This document shows, piece by piece, positions 18,403 through 27,089 of a DNA stretch of 34,672 nucleotides (position 1 is its first letter; every line of letters begins with the position of its first letter). The translations under genes were made by a program, and so were the position numbers. The notes beneath the pieces are model-generated. The model saw nothing but the letters and a program-made list of their open reading frames with translations, was not told the DNA's origin and did no database searches. The DNA comes from a virus: IMG/VR virus record IMGVR_UViG_3300040801_005898, one strand, 5' to 3'.

Positions 18403-19191
18403 TTAAATTCCTAACATTAACTCTGCTATTTCTCCAGCTTTTGCGCTGCTCAACCAGCGAGCGCTAACAATCTGAGCGCAACCAGCACTGGCAGTGGCTC
18501 TGAAAACCCCAGTCTCGCCAGTGCTGTCATACCGATGAAAAACGTCTGTCATTGGCGAAACATCTTCCTCAACACTTACCCAGACAGAACCTCGAATTGC
18601 CACCGACATAATCTCACCGGGGCCATATTGGTGTTTTGGAATTTGAGGAGAACCTAACGGTAAATCGTTAAGCATGGTGTTGGAGTCAAAAGCCACCCCC
18701 ACAAAAACAAGGTTGGCATCAGGAGCGCCTAATTGTGCTTGGTCGTCAGCATTGGTCGCCACCTTAATGATAGCCCTACCAATAGGCACTACCGCAGTTT
18801 CCACAGCTGCCTGAGTATTGGCAACGGTTAACGCCCCTGTTGTTGCACCGACTACATTCGCGCTAATAGTGTGGGGCACGCCATCAGCACCGATAACAGT
18901 AAAGGTTGTAGCAGATGCGGCGGCAGCGATTAGCTCTTGTCCGCTAAGGTTGATTGCCGCAACTAGCGCGTCTCGAACGTCGGTATCGACATCCCCCACA
19001 TCGGCGACATAACTAAAAGTCTCGGAGTTAATTACAACGTTGTAGGTGACACCTGTTTCTAAAACGAGAGTTACGGTGTCGATTTGTGGGAGCGTGGCAG
19101 TGTTGTTGACATAAGGTTCATAATTGACCTTATGTTTGCCAACCTTGCCTGGGTAAGCCTTTCTTGGTCTGATGTCAAATCTAGTTTGCAT
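18403..19191 (-). CDS. Head decoration/cement protein with an inserted domain
   Basis: IGRAI...FVGVA...YGPGEIMSVAIRGSVWV...ARWLSSAKAGEIAEL; lies between the protease and major capsid genes. Confidence 0.75.
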   Translation of the reverse strand: MQTRFDIRPRKAYPGKVGKHKVNYEPYVNNTATLPQIDTVTLVLETGVTYNVVINSETFSYVADVGDVDTDVRDALVAAINLSGQELIAAAASATTFTVIGADGVPHTISANVVGATTGALTVANTQAAVETAVVPIGRAIIKVATNADDQAQLGAPDANLVFVGVAFDSNTMLNDLPLGSPQIPKHQYGPGEIMSVAIRGSVWVSVEEDVSPMTDVFHRYDSTGETGVFRATASAGCAQIVSARWLSSAKAGEIAELMLGI

Positions 19192-19201
19192 GGTGGTTTA
19201 T

Positions 19202-20566
19202 CTATTTTTTGTATTTTTTCCAACGTTCGGATTGTTGTTGCAGATGCTCTTTGCGAATAGCTTCTACATCGACAACATCAGAGGCAGAAGAGTCTTGTCT
19301 GGAGGCATAGACAGACGATCGCAACCTAGAGTTATAAGGCTCTGCAGTTGTTTGATCTGCTTTCCAGATAGCAAATGCACCAGACACTTCCTCATCCCGC
19401 ATGGAGTCTAAACGCTTGGCAATTTCGCTATCCTTTCTGGCAGAGGTTTGAATTGCTAAACGCTTGATAGCAGCGGGAGTCATTTTCGTGTCGGGGTTTT
19501 CCAAGAACCCACCAGGCCCTAAGAATTTCCACATCTCGTTCCCGACAGGAACCATGCAATCCATTACCGCGCCTAAATAGCTATCGCACCGATTTTTGAT
19601 TTCTGCTTCTTTCTGCTGTTTGAGAATATTAACTTCGCTCTCAGTAGCAGAAATCTTGCGCTTAAGATGCTCGATTTGAATACCTAGCTCTTCGTTTGTC
19701 TGATGTAGGCTATCGTTGCGGTCCTGTAAATCTTTAACGCGATACTGTTCGGTTGCATATTTTTCCAGAGAAAGGCGATCGCCTTTCTCTGCTAATACAC
19801 CTTGCAGTTCCCCTGCCAATTCGTAGGCATCAGTGCGTTCTTGAGCGATCTTCTCGTTATCAGCCATTAGCTTTTCTATTTTGGCGATAAGATCGTCTTT
19901 CGACATCGTTTCTAAATTTGTCATATCGAAACGTTCATCCTCATCTAATTCGTCATCTTCAAACAATGACATTTGTTTCGGCATATCCAATTCCTCTTCT
20001 AAACTAAAATTACTATAAGCAACATTAGAATTGCCAGTTTCAGAGTCGAATCTGAGTTGCAATTCTTTGCCGCCTCTCGGTCGTTTAGTTACTGCAACAT
20101 GATTTGCGATAATATCTTTTTGTACGCAATCATATCTTTCTCCTTCATAAATACCTGGCGTTTCTTCAGTTTCACAAACATATCCAACAGACAAATAGTC
20201 GATATTATTATCAAGTATTTTGTCTATTGCCTTGCCATCTAATACTTTGATTTTGGCGCGGATATATTTGCCATCAAATCTGGCTTTTTCACCAGTTACG
20301 CCAACTTGATATTTTGTAACAGTTTCAGAATCTAACATCTGAGGAGGATGCTCAAATGTTAATGGCAAAAGTTCAAAAGTTTCCAGACTAGAAATCTTTC
20401 CTACCTCTTCAGGAGGCCGAAATTCTCTCCTCTGAGTACCGTCTGGATTGGTGTAAGTTTGGACTCCAACCCTAGCAATAGGGGAATCTTCGCTCACCAA
20501 ATAACCGTCGGGCGATCGCTTTTTTAAATCGATTTTTACCGCATCAAACCGAAAACTTTTAGCCAT
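19202..20566 (-). CDS. DUF2213 prohead protease/scaffold
   Basis: DGYL..PIARVGVQTY, REFRPPEEV, PLTFEHP, LSVGY and NHVAV..PRGG motifs, plus a coiled-coil C-terminal scaffold region. Confidence 0.9.
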   Translation of the reverse strand: MAKSFRFDAVKIDLKKRSPDGYLVSEDSPIARVGVQTYTNPDGTQRREFRPPEEVGKISSLETFELLPLTFEHPPQMLDSETVTKYQVGVTGEKARFDGKYIRAKIKVLDGKAIDKILDNNIDYLSVGYVCETEETPGIYEGERYDCVQKDIIANHVAVTKRPRGGKELQLRFDSETGNSNVAYSNFSLEEELDMPKQMSLFEDDELDEDERFDMTNLETMSKDDLIAKIEKLMADNEKIAQERTDAYELAGELQGVLAEKGDRLSLEKYATEQYRVKDLQDRNDSLHQTNEELGIQIEHLKRKISATESEVNILKQQKEAEIKNRCDSYLGAVMDCMVPVGNEMWKFLGPGGFLENPDTKMTPAAIKRLAIQTSARKDSEIAKRLDSMRDEEVSGAFAIWKADQTTAEPYNSRLRSSVYASRQDSSASDVVDVEAIRKEHLQQQSERWKKYKK

Positions 20567-20719
20567 AGAAATCTATTGTAGATCAAAAAATTAAAATTTG
20601 ACTAATTATTCAACATTTTTTCAAAAAATTATTCGGCAGGGGGGATTTGGTCTAGCAAACCTAGCAATTCTTCGTTAGTAGAGTTGGGGCTTTGCTCTGT
20701 GGGGGGAATATCGTCTAGC

Positions 20720-20741
20720 AAACCTAATAAAAACCTAATAA
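20720..20741. repeat. Exact 11-bp tandem duplication that frameshifts the portal C-terminus
   Basis: AAACCTAATAA at 20720-20730 and 20731-20741. Confidence 0.9.
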
Positions 20742-22304
20742 TTCGTCATTAGCAGAATTTGGACGATCGCCTTGCTCTACTTGCTGTTTGGCTTTTTCCC
20801 TTGCTTCCCAGTCTAATACGATAGATTGGGGCTTTTCTCCACCAAAACGAGCGATCGCTACCTCCTCGGGAGTTACAACACCACTGTTAATATAGGCAGA
20901 GTCGCTGCCAGCTTGAGTCGCAATCAATTCTACCTCCTCTTTTCTAGTCAACGGGAATGGTGATGGGAACGAAAAAGATAGCTCTGGCAGCAGCTCTCCC
21001 ATCGTTGGCCCTTCTTTAGCTAATTGAAGTAATTTTAAAAATCGCTTGACGGGTTTTTCAACATAGCTAAATTGAAACTCCGAAATCGATCGCTCCATAT
21101 CTCGATTTTCGCTTTCCCCGGAAGACGATAGCGTGCCGGTGGGAGATTTACCTAGCAAGAAAGTATGGGGCAACCTGACCGCCGCCACTGCAATATCTAA
21201 GCACATTTTAACTGCTTCTATTAAAGATGTAAAGTCTCGATTAACTATCTCAATCTTTTCCCGTTGCAAATCGTAGATTTCTCTTCTGGTAAAAGACCTA
21301 GCGATATCTGAACGAGTTAAGCGATCGGCTAAAGAGTTAAACGAACTCTCAGAGTCGCCGTCGTTTAACATCTCAAACAAACCCTCAATCCCGTGGTGAA
21401 TAGTTTGAGAATCATAAAGCAAAGCTCCTAATATTTCTGCTGCTTTCTGAAATCTCAATATTTCTTTATAGGTGGCTTGCAATTTGGAATTAAACCAACC
21501 ATTATTTTTTAATCGCTGTCTTCTGGTTAATTGCGCTCCTCCATTAATTCTAATTATCCTGCTGCAATGAACGATCGCGTCTTTATTTTGCAGTTCGGAT
21601 AAATGAGGGCTGTGGATTTGATAAGTTTGAGGATTTGATGAAGTAATATAGCCTTGCTCGTGATAAGGGGAAACGCAATAACGATCTAAACACTGAATCC
21701 AATCAATGCTTTTAATTGTCCCTTCATTAACTGGTTTATGAGGTGGGTTTCCATCGTTGATTCCCATAATTATTAACGAACCGCCATACAATCGACTTTC
21801 AATCAAAGCCTCTTTTAAAACCTCGAAAAAACTAACTTTACTGCCGCTTTCTTCGCTGTCATCTTCAAACTTATCCTCACACAACCACCTAATCATTGCA
21901 GAGGACAAAACAGAACTAAAACTTAACTTGCTTAAAAGTTCAGAATATTCCTTGCCTACCTTTGCTTTTTCCTTCTCTAACAACTGTTTTTGAATATCTT
22001 TTAATTTATTTTGCTCAATTTCTTCTTTAAGCCTCTCTAACTCTTTAGTAAAGATTGGTTGCAATTTTAGCTTTTGAGAAGAGCTAATATAGCCTAATTC
22101 AATTTCAACCTTTTTCCTTAAAGACTCTTCAACTATTAAATTAATATAGTTTTGCACGAAAAAATCTGTTTCGTAAAAGTTGTCAATCTCTGATAAGCCT
22201 AATTTTTTCCCTGGGTAAATGCGATCGTGAAAATTTTTGTCTCTGGGAGTTCCATACCCGGTAAAAAAATTGACTAATCCATCAAAACGGTTTTTTGTTT
22301 TCAT
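20724..22304 (-). CDS. Portal protein, DUF1073 family
   Basis: SRLYGGS, VHCSRII, P.TFLLGKSP.G, SGESE, F.FPSP and YINSGVVTPEEV...RF motifs. Confidence 0.9.
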   Translation of the reverse strand: MKTKNRFDGLVNFFTGYGTPRDKNFHDRIYPGKKLGLSEIDNFYETDFFVQNYINLIVEESLRKKVEIELGYISSSQKLKLQPIFTKELERLKEEIEQNKLKDIQKQLLEKEKAKVGKEYSELLSKLSFSSVLSSAMIRWLCEDKFEDDSEESGSKVSFFEVLKEALIESRLYGGSLIIMGINDGNPPHKPVNEGTIKSIDWIQCLDRYCVSPYHEQGYITSSNPQTYQIHSPHLSELQNKDAIVHCSRIIRINGGAQLTRRQRLKNNGWFNSKLQATYKEILRFQKAAEILGALLYDSQTIHHGIEGLFEMLNDGDSESSFNSLADRLTRSDIARSFTRREIYDLQREKIEIVNRDFTSLIEAVKMCLDIAVAAVRLPHTFLLGKSPTGTLSSSGESENRDMERSISEFQFSYVEKPVKRFLKLLQLAKEGPTMGELLPELSFSFPSPFPLTRKEEVELIATQAGSDSAYINSGVVTPEEVAIARFGGEKPQSIVLDWEAREKAKQQVEQGDRPNSANDELLGFY

Positions 22305-22306
22305 CT

Positions 22307-23185
22307 TTATTCTTCATCTTTAGTAATAATCCTGTGCCGTATTATCGCCCCGTATCGGTTCCATCTCTGTTCTGCTGAAAGCTTGTCAAAAATAGGGCTT
22401 ACTACTACAGGATAGCTTATAAGCATTTCGATGTCATTGTCATAATAAAATTTAGCCCTTAACCATTCCAAATAACGCTCAAATTCTCCATTAACTTCTC
22501 CCATAGCTCGAACGTCAATTGTATTTAAAATCGTTCCTGGCGTAGGGATTATGCGCATTTTGGGGTCTGTATTTCCAACTCGGGAATCGTTGGGGTCTTC
22601 ACCGTCTCGATTCAAAATTATTGGTTGATAACTGGTTAGGTTCCCATTTTTGGGGTCCAAAAGGTTGAAATATTTGTAGGTTATCGCCATCGCATCTCCA
22701 TCTGGGTCTTTGACCTCGCCACCGTCAATACCTAGCCCCCACCATCCCCCATGATAAACGGGGACATCTAGTTCTGGGAATTTGCCAAGGCTGTTTAATC
22801 CCGATAAGTCAAAAGTATGGGGAGTTTCCAGAAAAGGAGCGACATAAATTAGTTGGGGAGATGGCATTGCAGCTATCTCAGAGATTTTGGGCTGATAATC
22901 GGGGTTTATGTCGATTATTTGAGGTTCGCTGGTAACGATAAAGGCTGCCAACCAGTCATCCAAGCCAGGACCGGTGTTGTCGATATGGGCAAAATGTACG
23001 CATTGAGTGGCGAGGTCAAATTCGATAATTAAAGGGGCTGTTTCCAAGAGGCGATCGCCCCCAATCCAAAACTTTAATTGTCCGTCTGCCTCGGTAGAAT
23101 ATAATATTTTGATTTCCCCTTTGACAATTGTGGCTTTGCCCCTGCCGTAGGTTACTTTACTTGCATTGAGTTTAATCTTCGCCAT
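22307..23185 (-). CDS. Hypothetical phage protein
   Basis: 292-aa ORF ending 2 nt before the portal start. Confidence 0.65.
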   Translation of the reverse strand: MAKIKLNASKVTYGRGKATIVKGEIKILYSTEADGQLKFWIGGDRLLETAPLIIEFDLATQCVHFAHIDNTGPGLDDWLAAFIVTSEPQIIDINPDYQPKISEIAAMPSPQLIYVAPFLETPHTFDLSGLNSLGKFPELDVPVYHGGWWGLGIDGGEVKDPDGDAMAITYKYFNLLDPKNGNLTSYQPIILNRDGEDPNDSRVGNTDPKMRIIPTPGTILNTIDVRAMGEVNGEFERYLEWLRAKFYYDNDIEMLISYPVVVSPIFDKLSAEQRWNRYGAIIRHRIITKDEE

Positions 23186-23898
23186 TTTGCTATAAATTGT
23201 TTAATTATCAAGTTAGCAACTCTACTATTTACCTGGTTATTGTAATTAATGTTATTTAATTGACATAATTCTGCCAATGCTTTAATCGTTTCTAACTTCC
23301 ACCCTTGTAAAGGATTTAAGTTTAAAACAGTGTTAGTTTCCCGAGACAAATAGTTAATATCGCCATTTTTAATAATAAGAGATTTATTTTTAAATGCAAT
23401 ATCGCTTACCGCATACCCGCAGGATAAATTGGGAATATCTCCAGTCTCTCCAAAACAGATAAACCAATACGGCATTCCGGTCTGAGATGCGATCGCTACT
23501 TCAAAATTATAAACCCGGTTATGTCCATCTTTTCCCCCTCTTCCATAAGGATAGCAGCCCAAAGGATCGCTAACTAGCAATTGTCTGTTGGGGAGAGCTT
23601 TCTCTATTAATAAGTAATGCCCGGTTGGGACTAAAAAAGATATAGCGATCGCGAATTGGTTCGAGAGGCGATCGGCTATTTCCTCAAAGGTAGGAGATTC
23701 CAATAGCAAAACATTTACGTCCATCCGCTGAAATAATAGGCAGAGGTCGCCTGGGGAATAAATGCTTAGGCCGGAACGGTGAGTGGCAAAAAGTCTATTT
23801 GATTCAATTGGAGAAATCCCAAAACGGTCTGCCGCCATCTGCAATATGGCAAGAGAGCAGTCCATTCTCTTTTGGCGGATGTAGAGAGAATTAGTCAT
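23152..23898 (-). CDS. C39-like (papain-fold) peptidase domain protein
   Basis: YIRQ...DCSLA..QM, GHYLLI and VSDPLG give the Gln/Cys/His/Asp arrangement of C39-like enzymes. Confidence 0.55.
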   Translation of the reverse strand: MTNSLYIRQKRMDCSLAILQMAADRFGISPIESNRLFATHRSGLSIYSPGDLCLLFQRMDVNVLLLESPTFEEIADRLSNQFAIAISFLVPTGHYLLIEKALPNRQLLVSDPLGCYPYGRGGKDGHNRVYNFEVAIASQTGMPYWFICFGETGDIPNLSCGYAVSDIAFKNKSLIIKNGDINYLSRETNTVLNLNPLQGWKLETIKALAELCQLNNINYNNQVNSRVANLIIKQFIAKWRRLNSMQVK

Positions 23899-23929
23899 AA
23901 AACAAAACCCCCATGTACTAGCATGGGGG
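23899..23929 (-). terminator. Intrinsic terminator-like hairpin
   Basis: CCCCCATG-N6-CATGGGGG followed by TTTTGTTTT on the minus strand. Confidence 0.6.
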
Positions 23930-24023
23930 AGTAAAATCGCTGTCTTGGGTTTTGCCTTGATGGGCCATAACTGCCCTGTTGCTCATAAGAGTTCGATATA
24001 TTTCTCTACACTAGCACGGCTAA

Positions 24024-24278
24024 CTAGCGATCGTCAATATTAGGGTATTCACTTAAATACGCATCAAGAGCTTCGATCGCAAATTCTCTTACTTTTTTCA
24101 AGAGATATTTTTGTTCTTCCCCTTCTGGTAAAGGAGAGACTATTTTCGCGATCGCATCTATTTGGTCTTGATAAAAACGCAAAGTGGTTGTCTTTATTTG
24201 CTTTTTCCTACCACCTTTGCTTTCAAAGTGGTTTTTCCCATGCTCTCTGGTGACTTTTTCATATCCTGGATTGGCCAT
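24024..24278 (-). CDS. Putative ribbon-helix-helix regulator (alternative start at 24329)
   Basis: KTTTLRFYQDQIDAI...KVREFAIEALDAYL gives a strand-helix-helix pattern; divergent from the early operon. Confidence 0.55.
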   Translation of the reverse strand: MANPGYEKVTREHGKNHFESKGGRKKQIKTTTLRFYQDQIDAIAKIVSPLPEGEEQKYLLKKVREFAIEALDAYLSEYPNIDDR

Positions 24279-24385
24279 AACATTATCCCTTTTTGTTACA
24301 GCGTACCACGCTGGAAACAAATTTGCCATTAGTCAAACTCATATTCAGATGGCCCAACTAATGGCCCAAAATATTTATCGAAAAT

Positions 24386-24432
24386 AAGGGGTGTTACCCC
24401 CTTGACGGCAACGTTACACGCTGCTTATATAA
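24386..24432 (+). promoter_or_regulatory. Promoter with a palindromic operator overlapping the -35 box
   Basis: AAGGGG-TGTTAC-CCCCTT (24386-24403) overlaps TTGACG (24402-24407); AT-rich -10 region at about 24425-24433. Confidence 0.45.
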
Positions 24433-24463
24433 AAATATAAGGCGAAAAAAAGGACACAAACTA

Positions 24464-24676
24464 ATGAAACCTTACTTAACAAAAGAACAGCGGCAAGAAA
24501 TAGATCGCTACTACCCAGATTTAGAAGAGCGAAAAAAGATTATAGCCGCAGCTCAAAAAGCAGGCATCAAAGGGTTGGAAAATCCGAATTTACTGATCTC
24601 TTTGGCACGAGCTTCGTTGGCTTTTAACTTTATTTGCGAAAACGAGCAACAAACATTAGGAGAAAACAATGGCTAA
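24464..24676 (+). CDS. Hypothetical protein
   Basis: 70 aa, AAGGA SD, overlaps the next gene. Confidence 0.6.
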   Translation: MKPYLTKEQRQEIDRYYPDLEERKKIIAAAQKAGIKGLENPNLLISLARASLAFNFICENEQQTLGENNG

Positions 24677-25049
24677 TTTCAATACAGAAAAAACTCAAGC
24701 TTTCATCAACCAAGCTTCCCAAGTCTTTAATCGGTACGGCTACAACTCGGTTTTTCGCCATCACTGTAGGATAACGGTTTTAGACGAAGACTATGCCAAA
24801 CTCGGAGAGATTCATTGTGTTTCTGACCCTTCCGAAGTACCAGAAAACATTGAAAATGAAGCCATCGGATACAGTGATGACGGTAATTTTTTCTGGTATC
24901 TCGATTCTGACTTGGAGGATGCCATTTTTGAATACGAGGACGACGCCGAGGACTATGGCGACGGCCATGATTTAATTCGAGATTTGGTTAGTGCCGCAGA
25001 TGGTCCCCTGAAACTGGAAGCGATCCAACTGCAACTGCAAATTAGTTAA
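24669..25049 (+). CDS. Hypothetical acidic protein
   Basis: 126 aa, AGGAG SD, strongly D/E-rich. Confidence 0.65.
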   Translation: MANFNTEKTQAFINQASQVFNRYGYNSVFRHHCRITVLDEDYAKLGEIHCVSDPSEVPENIENEAIGYSDDGNFFWYLDSDLEDAIFEYEDDAEDYGDGHDLIRDLVSAADGPLKLEAIQLQLQIS

Positions 25050-25057
25050 ACTCTCTC

Positions 25058-25124
25058 TCCGCCTGACGAGCCCTGCCGGACACGGGCGAAACTCCCCAAG
25101 GGTGGGGAGTCGCGGGAGTCCCGC
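25058..25124 (+). ncRNA. Type I hammerhead ribozyme, copy 1
   Basis: Stem I TCCGC/GCGGG; CTGACGA (25063-25069); stem II GCCC/GGGC; GAAAC; stem III TCCCC/GGGGA; GTC cleavage triplet at 25109-25111. Confidence 0.9.
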
Positions 25125-25160
25125 AAACCAAACCTTATAAACTTAAACACTGTAAAAAAA

Positions 25161-25406
25161 ATGAGCAAAACAGCATTAAAAGAAGCAGTCAGGAGCGGTT
25201 CTTACCGCCAACTGCAAAAAGCATTAGTTCCTTTCAAAGTTTCTCGCAAAGGGACTAAGGAACAGTTACTAATTACAGCCCGCAAACTTTTGGGAGATGC
25301 TGCATATTTCATTCCTGATAGCGTACCGATTCCTACGCTATCAGAAGAAATTGCCACAGACCGAAAGTGGATTAAAAAAGTCATTAAAGACAATTTCTTG
25401 GAATAG
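25161..25406 (+). CDS. Hypothetical basic protein downstream of hammerhead 1
   Basis: 81 aa; YRQLQKAL...VSRKGTKEQL resembles a SAP or Rho-N-like nucleic-acid-binding motif. Confidence 0.6.
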   Translation: MSKTALKEAVRSGSYRQLQKALVPFKVSRKGTKEQLLITARKLLGDAAYFIPDSVPIPTLSEEIATDRKWIKKVIKDNFLE

Positions 25407-25956
25407 CTGGCTACTAAGACAAGGCATCCCTACAGTTACCACCAGAGAACCTGGCGGCACCGAGTTGGGCGCTACTTTGCGTTCTTGTCTGTTAGATATT
25501 GATGAAGCGATCGCCCCCCAAACAGAACTGCTACTATTTGCCGCCGATCGTTCCCACCATATCGAAACAGTCATCAAACCCAGTCTGGCAGAAGGGAAAA
25601 TCGTTTTGTGCGATCGTTTTACCGATTCAACCATTGCCTATCAAGGTTCCGGCAGAGCAAGAAACATTGACATGATAAACCAGCTTAACCAGATTGCCAC
25701 AGGAGGCATCCAAAGCGACCTGACATTATGGTTAGATGTCGATGTTGAAGTGGGGTTGACAAGAGCCAAAAAGAGAAAAGGAGATAGCGATCGGATAGAA
25801 CGAGAATCTAAAGAATTTCACCACCGGGTCAAACAAGGATTCAATCGATTAGCAAAAACCAACCCCCGCATTCATAGAATAGACGGAAAACTTCCAGTGG
25901 CAGACGTGCGGGATAAGGTTCAGAAAGTTGTTAAGCAATGGTTAGTTTATAATTAA
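25403..25956 (+). pseudogene. tmk: Thymidylate kinase lacking the N-terminal P-loop
   Basis: REPGGT, LLFAADR, LCDRF.DST.AYQG and DRIE motifs are present, but no GxxGxGKT occurs upstream in frame. Confidence 0.75.
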
Positions 25957-25980
25957 ATTTCAATCCAATATTTACATAGC

Positions 25981-26499
25981 ATGATAATTACACCTAGCAA
26001 CATTGAGTCTTTTCATTCTTTAAATGACAATGGATTAAAATTTTTGCAATTTATGAACGCTTTGGTTCATGCGAATTGCTGTCATCTTGGCTTGCTCATT
26101 TCAGATATTCAACAGAGTGGAAGAGTCTGCCTTGAAACTTCTGGAGTGGATACTCAAATTTCTGTTGCGTTGCCAGACATAGAAATATTTTCTGCACCTA
26201 CTTGTTGGAAATATGTCGAAAAGTTACCATCACTGAGAGACACGATCGCTTCCCAAGAAAACATAGAAAAAGCAATCGCTTCTACAGTAGGAAAAAGGTA
26301 TGCTTCCCAACTCATCAAGCAAGGGTATGGCTACCGCATAGCCACGCCCCAAAGACTATCCGATAGTGAAATAGCAGAATGGCATAAAATATTTGCTCCA
26401 TTGACAAATAACAATTTTATGCTGTTTGGCGCGGTAGAGATTGCAGAATGGGCAAACAGATATTCTAGAGTTAGCGATCGCTTCTGGACTTTGGATTAA
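25981..26499 (+). CDS. Stand-alone degenerate restriction-endonuclease-like domain
   Basis: ITP..I...F..F.NAL..A....G....I..S.RV...SGVD...PTCW.Y...WAN resembles the N-terminal PD-(D/E)xK domain of large NTPase defence proteins. Confidence 0.45.
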   Translation: MIITPSNIESFHSLNDNGLKFLQFMNALVHANCCHLGLLISDIQQSGRVCLETSGVDTQISVALPDIEIFSAPTCWKYVEKLPSLRDTIASQENIEKAIASTVGKRYASQLIKQGYGYRIATPQRLSDSEIAEWHKIFAPLTNNNFMLFGAVEIAEWANRYSRVSDRFWTLD

Positions 26500-27089
26500 G
26501 GCACAATCGAATGAACCCACATCGAGCTTGCATTCTCTGGGTCAAAACTTGCATCAAAGTAAAGTTGCTGTGCTTGGGCGAGACTCCATGCAGAACAAGC
26601 CGCAGCAATAGCTCTTTCAGAGAAACGCAAGTTTTTTCCCCTCATCTGACTGCCAACATTCAAACCATATCTCCAGGGCATCTCAGTAAAGAATGGTTCG
26701 CCATAAGGGTCGTGAACGATGAATTGCTCCAATGAGCGATCGTAACCTTTGACAACAAAGATATGACCCGGTTCAGTCGCATAACCATGAACAATAACCG
26801 GACCATCTTTGTCAATAGAATTGCGGATATTTTCTAACGTTCCATTTAACATCAAAATATCCTTTCTATTATATGACAGAATAATTTGCCTTATTCCATC
26901 AGGAGTAAATCTATTAGAATTGATTTGTTGCGATCGCTCCCAAACCTGGTCTTCTAATTGAGACATCGAACCATCACCAACGATGCCTCTATACCGCAAA
27001 CACATTGCAACAGATGTTACGTTACAAGCACCGAAAGGGTCATAGATATTATTGAGTTGGTTCAAATAAGGAACATCAAGGTCTTTCAT
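26496..27089 (-). CDS. C39-like peptidase, candidate lysin
   Basis: Likely start 27089 (MKDLDVPYLNQ); GACNVTSVAMCL, GHIFVVKGYD and VHDPYG motifs. Confidence 0.8.
   Translation of the reverse strand: MKDLDVPYLNQLNNIYDPFGACNVTSVAMCLRYRGIVGDGSMSQLEDQVWERSQQINSNRFTPDGIRQIILSYNRKDILMLNGTLENIRNSIDKDGPVIVHGYATEPGHIFVVKGYDRSLEQFIVHDPYGEPFFTEMPWRYGLNVGSQMRGKNLRFSERAIAAACSAWSLAQAQQLYFDASFDPENASSMWVHSIVP

Noticed and set aside
20724-22304. Anti-CBASS Acb1 label often attached to this family
   Set aside because: No 2H phosphoesterase HxT/S motif pair is evident; motifs and position indicate a portal.
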